Shown here: one piece after another, positions 9,737 through 20,911 of the stretch
Layout of the letters: every line of letters starts with the position of its first letter
Numbering within the stretch: the stretch's first letter is position 1
Translations under genes and position numbers: made by a program
The notes under the pieces: model-generated
What the model saw: only the letters and a program-made list of their open reading frames with translations
Told to the model about the DNA's origin: nothing
Database searches by the model: none
Assembly: GCA_963716395.1 (NCBI GenBank)
Contig: OY970309.1
Coordinates: forward strand, 3,296,001 to 3,360,000
Direction: 5' to 3'
DNA from: an uncultured Fibrobacteria bacterium
GTDB lineage: Bacteria; Fibrobacterota; Fibrobacteria; UBA11236
Length of the DNA stretch: 64,000 nucleotides

Positions 9737-12700
9737 TCAGGCCGCGATGCGCGCGGCTTCGTCGAGTTGCACCGAGACCAGCTTGGAGATGCCTTTGATC
9801 TCCTGCGTAACCCCGTAGAGCATATCAGAAGCGGCCATGGTGCGCTTGTTGTGGGTGACCACGATGAATTGGGTTTGATGGCTGAAGCGCCGGAGCAATT
9901 GCACGAAACGGCCGATATTGGCGTCGTCGAGCGGTCCGTCGACCTCGTCCATGATGCAATACGGCGACGGGCGTACGAGGTACAGCGCGAACAACAGCGA
10001 GATGGCCGTAAGCGCGCGCTCGCCGCCCGACAACAGACCCACGCCGCGCATCTTCTTGCCCGTGGGACGGGCGTTGATCTCGATGCGCGCATCCAGCGGA
10101 TCGACGCCCTCTTCCAGCGCGAGCTGCGCTTCGCCGCCTTCGAACAGCGAAGAGAAGACATCCTGAAAATTGTGGCGCACGGTTTCGAAGGTGGCCAGAA
10201 ATTGCTCGCGGGCCGACTTGTCGAGCCGTTTGATGGCCCGTTCCAATCCCGTGCGGGCCTTTTTCAGGTCATCGAATTGGCGGCTCACCTCTTCGAGGCG
10301 CGCCTTTTCCGCCTCATAGTCTTCTACTGCGCCCGCATTGACGTTACCCACGGCTTTGAGCTTCTCCTTGAGATCGGCGATTTCGGCTTCCACGGTTTCG
10401 GCCTCGTAGTCGACACGCACAAAGTCGGGGACCTCGGCGTCAAAATCGACTTCGTGGATTTCGAACATGCGTTCGCGCACCGATTGCAGCGCGGAGCGCG
10501 TCTGCTCCAGACTCAGCGATTGTTGATGCCCCTGCTCCACCAGCTCGCGCAACGCCTCCTGCCCGCGCCGCATCTGCGCGCGGCGCTCTTCCAGGTGCAA
10601 TACTTTGGCGTCGTATACCGATTTGACGGCGTCATATTCCTTTTCTTCGCCGCTCAGGCGCACGTGCAGTAAAGCCAAATCGGCTTCCACAGCGGCGGCT
10701 TGAGCGCGCAGCATCCCGATTTGGGATTGATCGGCTTCGGATTGGCGGGTGCCGCGGTCCAGCGCCGCGCGCAATTCCGCCGCGCTGCGATCCCAGTATT
10801 CCCGCCGGGCCTGTAAAGCCTTGACCCGGGCCTCGGCGTCCAAGCGCCCCTGTTCGAAACCGCGCCACTCCTGTTCGAGGACGCGGCGCGCCGATTCTTC
10901 GGCCTGCGCCTTTTCCAGGCCCGACTGATAGCGGTTCTCCAAGGTTTGGCGGCCTTCGCCGGCGAAATCCCATTCGGACCGCAGGACTTCCAGATTCCGC
11001 TCCAGTTCGGCGCGGCGTTCGCTGAGCAGGGTGAGTTTCAACCGCGCCTGTTCGGCCTCATGCTCCCTGGGTTCAATCTGCCGCTCCATTTCCCGCGCTT
11101 GGGCGCGCAAGGCGTGAATGCGCTGATCCGCGGCGCGGACGGCGCCTGCGAGTTTCTCGGCCTCAGCCGCATGCGCTGCCCGGCGCGCTTCGATGTGCGG
11201 AAGGCGCGCCGCCATGGCGGCCAAGGATTCGGCCACCTGGGCCAGGCGGGTTTCCGCCTCCTGCAAGTGCGCCTTGCGTTGTAAAAGGCCGCCTTCGGAG
11301 GCCGGCGCACCGCCCTGCAGCAATCCCCCAGCATGGCGCGCGGTTCCCTCCTCGGTCCAGAACCAAAAATCCTGGTCGGCCAGGCGCGCGGCCAAACGTT
11401 CGGCCGTGTCGGCGGAATCGACCCAGGCATGCTGGCCCAAGGCCCATTCCAAAACTCCGGACCATTCGGACGGATATTCGATGCCGTCCAGTAACCAGCC
11501 CCGAAACCCGGGTTCGCCGGCAAGGTCGGGTCGGGGTCGCCGAAAGCCCGTAGCATCGGGAGAGGCCAAGGGAAATGTCGAAGGAAAAGCCAAAGGAAAT
11601 GCGAAGACGGCCTCGCCTTTGCGACCCGCGCGCAGGGCTTCGATCAATTCCAGACCACGGGTGCGATCGGCCACCAGCACGGTTTGCAACGAACGACCCA
11701 AGGCTTTTTCCACCGGCACCAGCAAGGGTTCCGGCACGCGCAATACATCGATGAGCAAGGCGCGCATTTGCTCCCGCGCGTTTTCCAGCAGGTAGCGGAC
11801 GCCCGCCTCCATGCCTTCTCCGGCTTCTTCCCAACCGCGCAAAAGTTTATGCCGGGTTTCCAAGGCCACTTTTTCCCGTTGTCCCCCTTGTTCTTCGGCC
11901 CGGCATCGTTCCAGTTCTTGCGCTTCTGTCTGGGCCGCGGCCACGGCCTGTTGCCAGGCCAGTTGGGAGCGCGTAGTCTCTTCTTCGGCCACGGTCAGTT
12001 CCCGGCGTGCGGTTTCAAGTTCGCGTTTTTCCCCCGCCAGTTTTTCCTCGAGCAGATCGATGTCGGCCCGACCCTCTTCTTCGCGGTTTACCAGATGCTG
12101 CCAGTCGGTTTCGGCCGCAGTCAAACTCTGCCGGCGCGAGGCCAGCTCTTCCATGGCGCCGAGGCGTTCTTCGCCCAGCGCGTCGGCCTGGGCACGGGCT
12201 TCCTGGGCCTGACGCGTTGCGCTTTGCAGCCTATCGACGGCGGCGGCGGTCTGCTGGGCAACCGCGGTGCATTCGTTGCGCAAGCCTTCGGCTTCATCGG
12301 CCGCCGCGGAGCGCTGCGTTTCGATTTCCCGCAGCCGTTCCTGGAAGACGGCGTTTTCGCCGGCCGCGCGTTGCAGCGAATCCTCCAGATAAGCGATGCG
12401 GTCGCGACAGCGGCCGAATTCGGATTCCAGCCGCAACGCTTCGTTGCGGGTGTCGGCGGCGCGTTTCCCCAGCGCCGAAACCTGCTGCTCCTCGGTGATC
12501 AGGACCAGTTTTTCCTCTTCGAAAGAAGCTTCTTCGACCGCGCGCTGCGCTTCCTGTTCGGCCAGGCTGTTTTCGGTACGCGCATGATCGCGTTGCAACG
12601 CCTCCATGCGTTCGCGCAAAAGGCCATAGCCTGCATATTGGTAACTCAATTCCAGAGAACGATATGCTGCTTTCAGTTCGCGCCATTTCTCGGCTTTGCG

Positions 12701-13330
12701 GGCCTGGCGTTCAAACAGGTTCACATTCTGCTGCACGTGGCGCAAACTATCCTCGACCCGGGCCAAATCCTGTGCCGTGCGCTCCAACTGGCGCAGGGTT
12801 TCTTTGCGCTGTTGCTTGTATTTGGAAATGCCGGCCGCCTCTTCGAACATCACCCGCCGCTCCTCGGCTTTGTCAGAGAGAATGGTGTCGATCATCTTGG
12901 CCTCAATGAGGCTGTAAGACGCCGCACCCATGCCCGTGTCGTAAAACAGGTTGTGGATGTCTTTCAAGCGGCAGGGCTGATTGTTGATCAGGTATTCGCT
13001 TTCACCGTCGCGGTAGGCGCGCCGCGTGATCATCACCTGGCTGTAATCCGAAGGGAGAATACCGGCATTGTTGTTGACGATGAGACTGACTTCGGCCAGG
13101 CTCTGGGCCGGTTTATCCACGGTGCCGGAAAAGATCACGTCTTCCATTTTGCTCGAACGCAGCGCGCGGGCTTTCTGCTCGCCCAGCACCCAGCGGATGG
13201 CATCGATGATATTGGATTTTCCGCAGCCGTTCGGACCCACCACCGAGGTGATGCCCTCGCTGGGAAAGTTGACTTCGACCCGGCTGGCAAAGGATTTGAA
13301 GCCGAATAGGCGCAGTTTGGAAAGGTACAT
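9737..13330 (-). CDS. smc: Chromosome segregation protein SMC
   Basis: GFKSF, GPNGCGKSN, long coiled coils with hinge, LSGGE and DEVDGPLD. Confidence 0.97.
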   Translation of the reverse strand: MYLSKLRLFGFKSFASRVEVNFPSEGITSVVGPNGCGKSNIIDAIRWVLGEQKARALRSSKMEDVIFSGTVDKPAQSLAEVSLIVNNNAGILPSDYSQVMITRRAYRDGESEYLINNQPCRLKDIHNLFYDTGMGAASYSLIEAKMIDTILSDKAEERRVMFEEAAGISKYKQQRKETLRQLERTAQDLARVEDSLRHVQQNVNLFERQARKAEKWRELKAAYRSLELSYQYAGYGLLRERMEALQRDHARTENSLAEQEAQRAVEEASFEEEKLVLITEEQQVSALGKRAADTRNEALRLESEFGRCRDRIAYLEDSLQRAAGENAVFQERLREIETQRSAAADEAEGLRNECTAVAQQTAAAVDRLQSATRQAQEARAQADALGEERLGAMEELASRRQSLTAAETDWQHLVNREEEGRADIDLLEEKLAGEKRELETARRELTVAEEETTRSQLAWQQAVAAAQTEAQELERCRAEEQGGQREKVALETRHKLLRGWEEAGEGMEAGVRYLLENAREQMRALLIDVLRVPEPLLVPVEKALGRSLQTVLVADRTRGLELIEALRAGRKGEAVFAFPLAFPSTFPLASPDATGFRRPRPDLAGEPGFRGWLLDGIEYPSEWSGVLEWALGQHAWVDSADTAERLAARLADQDFWFWTEEGTARHAGGLLQGGAPASEGGLLQRKAHLQEAETRLAQVAESLAAMAARLPHIEARRAAHAAEAEKLAGAVRAADQRIHALRAQAREMERQIEPREHEAEQARLKLTLLSERRAELERNLEVLRSEWDFAGEGRQTLENRYQSGLEKAQAEESARRVLEQEWRGFEQGRLDAEARVKALQARREYWDRSAAELRAALDRGTRQSEADQSQIGMLRAQAAAVEADLALLHVRLSGEEKEYDAVKSVYDAKVLHLEERRAQMRRGQEALRELVEQGHQQSLSLEQTRSALQSVRERMFEIHEVDFDAEVPDFVRVDYEAETVEAEIADLKEKLKAVGNVNAGAVEDYEAEKARLEEVSRQFDDLKKARTGLERAIKRLDKSAREQFLATFETVRHNFQDVFSSLFEGGEAQLALEEGVDPLDARIEINARPTGKKMRGVGLLSGGERALTAISLLFALYLVRPSPYCIMDEVDGPLDDANIGRFVQLLRRFSHQTQFIVVTHNKRTMAASDMLYGVTQEIKGISKLVSVQLDEAARIAA

Positions 13331-13536
13331 GTTGCGCTAAAGTTAGCTCCCGCGGCCAAAGCTGCGCAGGGAAAACCTCCCCTGGCCGGCGGAGGCAAAA
13401 ACTCGTTTGGAATCAAAGGGTTATTGCCGGAATGCGCCGCCGGTGCTCAGGAATTTATTGACCCCGTTGCAATTCTTCCTGCGCAAAAAGGGTCTAAATT
13501 TCCCACCGTACAGGTTCACCCCATCCAGGATTTTTT

Positions 13537-14886
13537 ATGAGCGACAAGGTCATGTGGCTGGAAGGCATGGTGCTCTCGCCCCATCACTTCCAGCAAGCCG
13601 AGAACCTTCAAATCCAGGACGCGAACGCGCGGCTGAAGCTCGTCAGCCCGTTTCACTACGGCGTGGCCGCGTTCGAAATCGATCGCGACGCGCTACAAAG
13701 CGGTTTTTTCGCGGTGCGCGAGTGCGCGGGAATTTTTCCCGACGGCACGTGGTTTTCCTATCCCGCCCAGGACGGCAGCCTGGATCAACGGCCTTTCGAG
13801 GCGAACTTTTCCGCGGCGCAGGACAGCCTGGGGGTTTCCCTGGCGGTGGCGGCTCTGCAACCCGGCAACCCGAATTTCGCGGCCGCGAACGATCTCGAAG
13901 GGAAACCGACGCGTTACCTGGGCCAAACCCGGGAAACCACTGATCTCAACAGCGGCGGCAATGCGCGGCCCGTCACCTTCGGCCGCCTCAATCTGCGCAT
14001 TCTTTTCGACGGCGAATCCACGGCCGGCCTGCAGACCTTGAAACTGTGTGAGCTCAAACGCGACGCCCAGGGCCGCGTGCAGCCGGCCGAAGACTTTTTC
14101 CCCGCGTGCCTGCGCCTGTCGGGATCGTCGGCGCTGATGACGCGCCTGAAAAAACTGGCCGACAACGCCCAGCAAAAAAGCGGTTACCTCATGGCGCAGC
14201 GCGCGCAAAAGGCCACGGGCGTGGCGCAATTCAGCGCCGAGTCGCTGACCCAATACCTGCTGCTCGCGGCCGTGAACGCTTCGCTCCCCGATCTGCTGCA
14301 CTTCCTGCAACAGCCTTCGGCGCATCCCGAAACCTTGTACCGGCGGTTGATCGGGTTCGCGGGATCCCTGCTCAGCTTCGGCGCCGAAACCAAGGCCTCG
14401 GATTTGCCGCCCTATTTGCACGGCGATTTGCGCGCCACCTTCCAGCCCCTTTTTCAACTGATCGATTCCTTGCTCGCGGCCAGTGTGCCCACCGGATTCC
14501 GTTTGATTCCGCTGGTGAAAACCAGTCCCATCCAATACCTGGCGAATCTGCGCGAGGTGGATTTGTCCAAGGTGCGCGATTTGTATCTGGGCGTATCGGC
14601 GCAAGCTTCGGACGTGGATATCATCACCGCCATCCAGCGCAAAGCCAAAATGGGACCGGCCGCGCGTTTGGAAACCTTGGTCAGCCATGCCTTGCCGGGC
14701 CTGCCGCTTTTGCCCGAAACCCAGCCGCCGCAGGGCATTCCGGCTAAAGCGGGATTCAAATATTTTCGCGTGCATCAAACCGGGGAATTGTGGGATGGCG
14801 CGCTGCAAGGAAAATCGCTGGCGCTGCATTTGCCCGGTGATCTGCCTGCGGCGCGCCTGGAACTCATCGCCACCTTGGAGTCCTGA
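13537..14886 (+). CDS. tssK: T6SS baseplate subunit TssK
   Basis: KVMWLEGMVLSPHHFQQ N-terminus, HPETLY, YLHGDL and LVSHALPGLPL. Confidence 0.92.
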   Translation: MSDKVMWLEGMVLSPHHFQQAENLQIQDANARLKLVSPFHYGVAAFEIDRDALQSGFFAVRECAGIFPDGTWFSYPAQDGSLDQRPFEANFSAAQDSLGVSLAVAALQPGNPNFAAANDLEGKPTRYLGQTRETTDLNSGGNARPVTFGRLNLRILFDGESTAGLQTLKLCELKRDAQGRVQPAEDFFPACLRLSGSSALMTRLKKLADNAQQKSGYLMAQRAQKATGVAQFSAESLTQYLLLAAVNASLPDLLHFLQQPSAHPETLYRRLIGFAGSLLSFGAETKASDLPPYLHGDLRATFQPLFQLIDSLLAASVPTGFRLIPLVKTSPIQYLANLREVDLSKVRDLYLGVSAQASDVDIITAIQRKAKMGPAARLETLVSHALPGLPLLPETQPPQGIPAKAGFKYFRVHQTGELWDGALQGKSLALHLPGDLPAARLELIATLES

Positions 14887-14888
14887 TT

Positions 14889-15746
14889 ATGATGAAGCCG
14901 GGCGAACGCAAAATTCTCACCCAGCCCATTCCCCCGCCCCAACGCACCGCTTTCGGACAGGGCCGCGGTCTCGATTGGGCCGATGGCGCGGTGCAAACCC
15001 TGTTCGGCCAAAACGGCGCCAGCGCGGGGCAAACATTATTCGGGGCCAAAGCGGCGAGCGCCGCTACCGGACCCTCCCTGCTGACGCTTTCCACCGATCT
15101 TCTGCTCATCGGCGTGAAGATCATGGAGACCTCCGATCTCGGCGACTCCGGTGCCTTACATCGGCTGCTGCTGGCCTATTTCAAAGACTTCGAACGTGCC
15201 TGCCTCACCCATCACAAGCCGCCCGAAGCCGTGGAAGAAGCCAAGTACGCCCTGGCGGCTTTTATCGATGAGACCATCATCAACAGCCCCAATAATTGTC
15301 GTGACGACTGGGTACGCGAGCCGCTGCAAGCGCAGTTTTTCAACGATCACAGCGCCGGCGAGCATTTCTTCACGCGTCTCGAAGGTTTGATTGGCGATTT
15401 GCGCCGCCACTTCGAAGCCGTCGAAGTGTTCTACATGTGCCTGGCGCTGGGGTTCCAGGGACGTTACCGCGTCGAAGGGCAGGAATTGCTGCCCAACGTG
15501 GTGCGCAATCTGTTGCGCCGCATCGAAGCGGTCAAGGGCAAGCCGCCGCAATCGCTGTCGCCGTCGGCCTATGTGCAGGCCGGCCTCGGCGATCGGGGCC
15601 GCGGCGGACGTCCCTTCGTGATCGGCGCCGCGATTTTTCTGGTCGTGGCCATCGCGCTGTTCTTCGTCTTGCAATTCGCCAGCGATGCGCCGCTCGACCT
15701 GGTGCAGAACTCGCTGCAGCACGCTTTGTCCGGAACCGGGCCATGA
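14889..15746 (+). CDS. tssL: T6SS membrane protein TssL (DotU)
   Basis: YALAAFIDE, PLQAQFF..AGEHFF and CLALGFQGRY; C-terminal TM helix; no OmpA domain. Confidence 0.92.
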   Translation: MMKPGERKILTQPIPPPQRTAFGQGRGLDWADGAVQTLFGQNGASAGQTLFGAKAASAATGPSLLTLSTDLLLIGVKIMETSDLGDSGALHRLLLAYFKDFERACLTHHKPPEAVEEAKYALAAFIDETIINSPNNCRDDWVREPLQAQFFNDHSAGEHFFTRLEGLIGDLRRHFEAVEVFYMCLALGFQGRYRVEGQELLPNVVRNLLRRIEAVKGKPPQSLSPSAYVQAGLGDRGRGGRPFVIGAAIFLVVAIALFFVLQFASDAPLDLVQNSLQHALSGTGP

Positions 15747-18700
15747 AAATTTTCTCCTCGGCCGGTTTCTGGATTTCCGTGGCAGGCCTGATCCTGGCCG
15801 TGGCGCTGTTCTTCCTTTTGCCGTTGCTGGGCGTTACGACCGTGGGCATTCGCCTTCTGCTTGCGCTGTTACCTCTGTTGTTGGGTTTGCTGTTGTGGCT
15901 CCTGCTTCGCCTGCTGCGGTTGAAGCGGGCCATCCGCGCCAAGGACTCGACGGGTTTCGAGGGGCAGGCCTTTGCGTCGCAGTTGACCATGCCATGGGCC
16001 GAAGCCTTGCAGCGGCAGACGCGCGAAGCCCTCGAAATTTTGCGTACCTCGGCCAAGAGCAAGGCCGGCGTCGGCCGCAACCCTCTCGATATTTACCGCT
16101 TCTATTTGGTGCTGGGATCGGAAAGCGCGGGAAAATCGACTTTGCTCGAACACTCGGGCATTCACTTTCCCCGCCGCTTTCCCGGCGCCGCCGAACTTGC
16201 GCGCCAAACCCAGACCTTCACCCAATGGTGGTTTTCGGGCCAGGGTATTTTTCTCGAAACGCCCGCGCGCTATGTGACTGGCTCGGAGGGCGATGACGAA
16301 CTTCGGGTTTGGCTGGAACAAATGCGCCGCGAAGGCAAACGCTTGGCCATGGACGCCGTGGTGCTCGCCATCAGTTTGGAAGAACTGTTGGCCGGCGATG
16401 CGGCTGCGCTCGCGGCCCGCCACCGCGAGCGGATCGCGGTCATCCTTTCCACGCTGAAACTGGATTTGCCGGTATACGTGGTGTTCACCCATGCTGATTT
16501 GCTGCCCGGCTTCGGCGACTTCTTCGAAAACCTGCGCGACCCCGACAGCCAGCAGGTGTTCGGCGCCACCTTGGCGCTGAAAGGCAGTCTGGCTTCGGCG
16601 CGCGACCGCTTCGAGCGCGAATACCGCCGGGTGTGGGACACCTTGGCGGCGCGCGTGCCCTATCGCTTGTCGCAACTCAATGACCCGGGTCAAAAGCAGC
16701 GGGTGTTTTCCTTTCCCAATGAATTCGGCGCGGCCCAGGAACGGCTGGCGGCCTTTTGCGAACACCTCTTCAAAGACACCATGGCGCGCGAACGCGCCTT
16801 GTTCCGCGGCTTCTTTTTCACCAGCGTGCGTCAGCCCGAAACGGACGAAAGCGGGGCCTGGGTTGAAAGCGGCGACCCGGCGCTGCATCCGCTGGATGTG
16901 CGCGCCAAGCTGCGATCACCCAGCGGACCGATGCGCCCCGAACCGCAGAAGGCCCGCGCCCTGTTTACTCAGCTCCTGTTCAATGGCGTGCTTAAAAGCG
17001 ATCGCTCGCTGGCCCAGATTCCGGGCTACCGGCTGGGCAGCCTGTCGCGCAAGGCTTTGCTGACCGCCGGCGGCCTTTCTCTCCTGGGTCTGCTCATCAT
17101 CGCCTACGGGGTCACCGGTTACCTCAAGGGAACCGCCCGCTTGCGGCGCCTGGCCACGGCGGCGGAAACCGCGTCGCAAATCCGTTTCGCCAATCCCTCT
17201 TCCTTCGAGCGCGAATTCGCGAACCTCTCGGAACTGGAAGCCCAAATCGATTCGTTGGCATCCGGCCAAAATTCTTCCTGGCTGATCCCGCCGGGCTTCG
17301 GCCACGCGGCCGATGCGGCCGATCAGGCCGGCCGCCTGCACGCAGTGCTGCTCGACCGTCTGGCCCTGCGCGATGTGGTGCGCGATTTGGCGGCCTCGCT
17401 GGAAATCGCCGCCAAGTATTTCAACCCGGCGGATCACGGGACGCTGCATGATAATTTGCGGCTTTATCTGTTGCTCACAACCCAAGGCCAGCCGCATCTG
17501 GAAGATGTGCGCCCCGAGGATTTGACCGCGGCCCTGCAGGCCCCGGTCGCACAGGAAATCACCCGGAAAATGGGGGCCGAAAACTTGCCTCCCAATTTTG
17601 AAGCCGAACTCCAGCCGCATCTGCGTCTGTGGGCCCAGAATTTCATGATCGGGCGCCAGCCGGCTTTGGCCGAAACCGATCCCAACCTCACCCGGGACGT
17701 ACGCGCCGCTTTGCTGGGCAATCCCAGCATCGACGGGCTGTATAACTCCATCGTGGCCGCCGAAGATCCCTCGCTCAACCTCACCCTGGAAACCATGGGG
17801 GTCCCCGCCGACGGAATCTTGAAAAGCAGCGCCCAGGTGCGCGGTTTCTACACTAAGGCGGGCTTTGATCAAGGAGCCCTGCAGGCGCTGGCCGACGGCG
17901 CCGAGCAGCCCTACCGCCGGGACTGGGTGCTGGGCGACTCCGTTACTGCCAAGTTACCCCCGGAAATGCAGGACAAGCAGAAGCTGGCGCATGCCCTCGT
18001 CGACCGCTATTTCGAAGCCTACGCCGAGGAGTGGACGCATTTCCTGCAAAGTCTGTCGGTGCGCGTGCCCCCCGAACCGGGTCCGGCCGCGGGCAAGTTG
18101 GCGGGTTTCGCCTCGGTGAACCAGGGGTTGCCGTTGGTTTTGAACCGTGTACTGACCGAAGTGAATCTGTTCGCACCACCATCGGCAGCGGATTCGTCGG
18201 TGATGAAGCGCGTCAAAGCCAGTAAGTTCAACAAGCTGGCGCAAATGGCGATGGCGGCCCGCGATGCCGACAAGAAGGCTCTGCAGGATAAATTTAATTT
18301 TGTGCAAGATCTAATGGGAACAGGTGGTTCGGGCGGCGCTTTACAGGAATACTTTAACAGCGTGCGCGGCCTTTCCGACGTTTTGAACCGCATCTCGCTT
18401 TCGGGAGACGGATCGGGTGAAAACCTCGACGCGGCTCAACAATTGTTCCAGGGCAAGGTCGACAACCCTCTCAATATCGCGTGGAACGAGGCGTCGAAGG
18501 CCAGTGTTCGCTATGAAACGCAGGCGTGGCTGGGCCCCCTGCTGGAAGAGCCGGTGCGCGATGTGGCCGGCAATCTGATCGCCAGTGCGGGCCGCTATCT
18601 GGAAAGCCTCTACGAGACCAAGGTGGCACCCTTTTACGTGCAAAACCTGAAGGGCCGCTATCCCATCGCACGCACGGCCACGCTGGATGTGAACCTCGAA

Positions 18701-19357
18701 GACTTAAAGGCTTTTTTCGCCGCCGACAATGGCGTCTTTTCCACTTTTCTCAATACCAAACTGGGTCCTTTTTTGCGGCCCGCCGATAACGGCTTCGCCC
18801 TGGCCACCTGGAACGGATTGCGTTTGCCCATGACACCAACGGCTCTGGCCACCTTGAGCCGCGCCCAAACCGTGGGGCAACGCGTGGCGGGTGACACGCC
18901 GGGCGCCTTCCGCGTCAGCACCTTGAACCTGACCCTTCCCGAAGCGCATAACACCACACGCGTCACCCTGCGGCTGGGGGATGATCAGATGAGCGTGAAA
19001 ACGGGCGAAGGCCAGGCACGGCAAACTTTCAAATGGCCTACGGAAACCTCGTACAAAGGCGCTGATATCACGGTGGAAACGCCGGGTGGCGCTGTACAGA
19101 CCAAGCATGCCGACGGCGCCTTCGCCCTGATGAAATTGCTCGATCAAGCGCGCGCGCTGAATGTGCGGCCCGCCGGCTTCACGGCCAAATGGCGCTTTAC
19201 CGTGGCTCAGCGGTATGACGTCGACGTTTCTCTCGACGGCAATTTGCCGGATCGCGAAAACCCCTTCAGCACGCCCGACTACTTTCACTTCGAACTCCCC
19301 GCGAAACTGATGTCCGAATCGGTGCCGGCCGTGGCCGCCGGAACGACCGCACCCTAA
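15743..19357 (+). CDS. tssM: T6SS membrane subunit TssM (IcmF)
   Basis: N-terminal TM helices, Walker A GSESAGKS, WWFS, LPVYVVFTHADLLPGF and FRGFFFTS; ATG at 15743 overlaps the tssL stop. Confidence 0.9.
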   Translation: MKIFSSAGFWISVAGLILAVALFFLLPLLGVTTVGIRLLLALLPLLLGLLLWLLLRLLRLKRAIRAKDSTGFEGQAFASQLTMPWAEALQRQTREALEILRTSAKSKAGVGRNPLDIYRFYLVLGSESAGKSTLLEHSGIHFPRRFPGAAELARQTQTFTQWWFSGQGIFLETPARYVTGSEGDDELRVWLEQMRREGKRLAMDAVVLAISLEELLAGDAAALAARHRERIAVILSTLKLDLPVYVVFTHADLLPGFGDFFENLRDPDSQQVFGATLALKGSLASARDRFEREYRRVWDTLAARVPYRLSQLNDPGQKQRVFSFPNEFGAAQERLAAFCEHLFKDTMARERALFRGFFFTSVRQPETDESGAWVESGDPALHPLDVRAKLRSPSGPMRPEPQKARALFTQLLFNGVLKSDRSLAQIPGYRLGSLSRKALLTAGGLSLLGLLIIAYGVTGYLKGTARLRRLATAAETASQIRFANPSSFEREFANLSELEAQIDSLASGQNSSWLIPPGFGHAADAADQAGRLHAVLLDRLALRDVVRDLAASLEIAAKYFNPADHGTLHDNLRLYLLLTTQGQPHLEDVRPEDLTAALQAPVAQEITRKMGAENLPPNFEAELQPHLRLWAQNFMIGRQPALAETDPNLTRDVRAALLGNPSIDGLYNSIVAAEDPSLNLTLETMGVPADGILKSSAQVRGFYTKAGFDQGALQALADGAEQPYRRDWVLGDSVTAKLPPEMQDKQKLAHALVDRYFEAYAEEWTHFLQSLSVRVPPEPGPAAGKLAGFASVNQGLPLVLNRVLTEVNLFAPPSAADSSVMKRVKASKFNKLAQMAMAARDADKKALQDKFNFVQDLMGTGGSGGALQEYFNSVRGLSDVLNRISLSGDGSGENLDAAQQLFQGKVDNPLNIAWNEASKASVRYETQAWLGPLLEEPVRDVAGNLIASAGRYLESLYETKVAPFYVQNLKGRYPIARTATLDVNLEDLKAFFAADNGVFSTFLNTKLGPFLRPADNGFALATWNGLRLPMTPTALATLSRAQTVGQRVAGDTPGAFRVSTLNLTLPEAHNTTRVTLRLGDDQMSVKTGEGQARQTFKWPTETSYKGADITVETPGGAVQTKHADGAFALMKLLDQARALNVRPAGFTAKWRFTVAQRYDVDVSLDGNLPDRENPFSTPDYFHFELPAKLMSESVPAVAAGTTAP

Positions 19358-19372
19358 CCCTCCGGGAGCCCT

Positions 19373-20911
19373 ATGGCATCGCTGCTCGAAGAATTGCTCC
19401 AACCCATTGCGCCGGAAAGCTTCTGCGGTGAAGACGCGACCTACGAAAGCGAATTCGAAACCGCCAAGGCCGAAGCCGAAAAGTTGTCGGAAAACAATTG
19501 GACCGTGATGGAAGAGGCGGCCCACAAGCTGCTGACCACGAAGTCCAAGGATATGCGCGTGCTGGGATTTCTGGCGCTTTCCACGGCGCTGACCAAGGGG
19601 CTCACGCCTTTTGCCGAAGCCGTGCAGGCCTATGTGAAGCTGGTCATGGAACATTGGGAAGACATCCACCCCAAGCGTCCCAACGGCCGCGCCAACGCGT
19701 TGCGCTGGTTGAACGAAGAGCGCGTATTGTTTCTGCTTTCCGGATTGGGCAAGGCGCGCGGTGATTACGAAGCGCTGAAAGCCGCCGCGGAAGGATTGCA
19801 GCAATTGCAAACCTTCTGCGATGGAAAATTTCCCGGCGGTAGCCCGCCTTTTGTGGGCTTCGCCAAAATCGTGCGGCAATTCGCCGATAATAACCAGCCC
19901 CGCGCCGAACCGACACAGGCCGAAACCGCGGCGGCGGCGGAAAACTCCACCCAGCCCGCGGCCGGCGGCGGCGTGCCGGCAGCCTTGGCGTCGTTCGACG
20001 ATTGCCTGGCGGCCTTGCAAAACGTGGCGGGCTTTCTGTTGGGACAAGACCCCACCAGCGCCCTGGGGTATCGCCTGACGCGGCTCGCCCTGTGGTCCGG
20101 CATTACCGGCAATTTGCCCAGCGAAGACGGCATCACCTTGCTGCCTCCGCCTTACGCCTCGACTATGGAAGGCTTCCGCAACTTTTTCCAACAATCGCAA
20201 TGGGTCGAATTGGTGAAAAGCGGCGAAGAAATGCAGGGCGCAGACGGCATGTTTCTCTGGCTGGACTTGCAGCGCTTTATCTGCACCGCGCTCAAGGGAC
20301 TGGGCGGCAACCATGCAGCCTGCGCCAAGGCCGTGATGCAGGAGCTGGCGCAAATGCTGCTGCATGCTCCGAGCTTGCCCGACCTCAAATTCAATGACGG
20401 TACGCCTTTTGCCGATTCCATGACCAAAGAGTGGATTGAAGCCGAAGTCAAGCCCTCCCTGGGTGGCGGCGGAGGCGGTGGCGGCCTGCCGGCCATCAAA
20501 AAGAAAGGCGACGTGGGCGAAGAGCAGAAGCAGGCCTTTTCCCTCTTGGAAGAAGGCAAATTGGCCGAGGCTTTGAATGTATTGCGTACCGGATTGGCCA
20601 ATGACAGCAGCCGCAAGAACAATTTCGACCGCAAACTGCTTTTGGCCGATTTATGTTACAAGGGAAACAAAGCTCACATCAGCCATGCCCTGTTGGGCGA
20701 ATTGCGGGAGCAAATCCAACATCACGATTTGGAAAACTGGGATCCCGAGTCCTGTTTGCAGGTTTACCGTTTGACCCAAAAGGTTTGTTCGGCGCTGGCG
20801 GATTCGGCCGGCGAAGCGGCCCCCTCGTTGCGAACCTTGGCCCTTGAGGCCCATATCAAAATTTCTAGGTTGGATGCCGTGGCGGCTTTTCAAACCGACC
20901 CACCGGCTTAG
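19373..20911 (+). CDS. tssA: T6SS TssA (ImpA_N domain, VasJ-like)
   Basis: LLQPI..CGED.TY, KSKDMRV, HWEDIHP, FLWLDLQ and LKFNDGTPFAD..TKEW. Confidence 0.9.
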   Translation: MASLLEELLQPIAPESFCGEDATYESEFETAKAEAEKLSENNWTVMEEAAHKLLTTKSKDMRVLGFLALSTALTKGLTPFAEAVQAYVKLVMEHWEDIHPKRPNGRANALRWLNEERVLFLLSGLGKARGDYEALKAAAEGLQQLQTFCDGKFPGGSPPFVGFAKIVRQFADNNQPRAEPTQAETAAAAENSTQPAAGGGVPAALASFDDCLAALQNVAGFLLGQDPTSALGYRLTRLALWSGITGNLPSEDGITLLPPPYASTMEGFRNFFQQSQWVELVKSGEEMQGADGMFLWLDLQRFICTALKGLGGNHAACAKAVMQELAQMLLHAPSLPDLKFNDGTPFADSMTKEWIEAEVKPSLGGGGGGGGLPAIKKKGDVGEEQKQAFSLLEEGKLAEALNVLRTGLANDSSRKNNFDRKLLLADLCYKGNKAHISHALLGELREQIQHHDLENWDPESCLQVYRLTQKVCSALADSAGEAAPSLRTLALEAHIKISRLDAVAAFQTDPPA

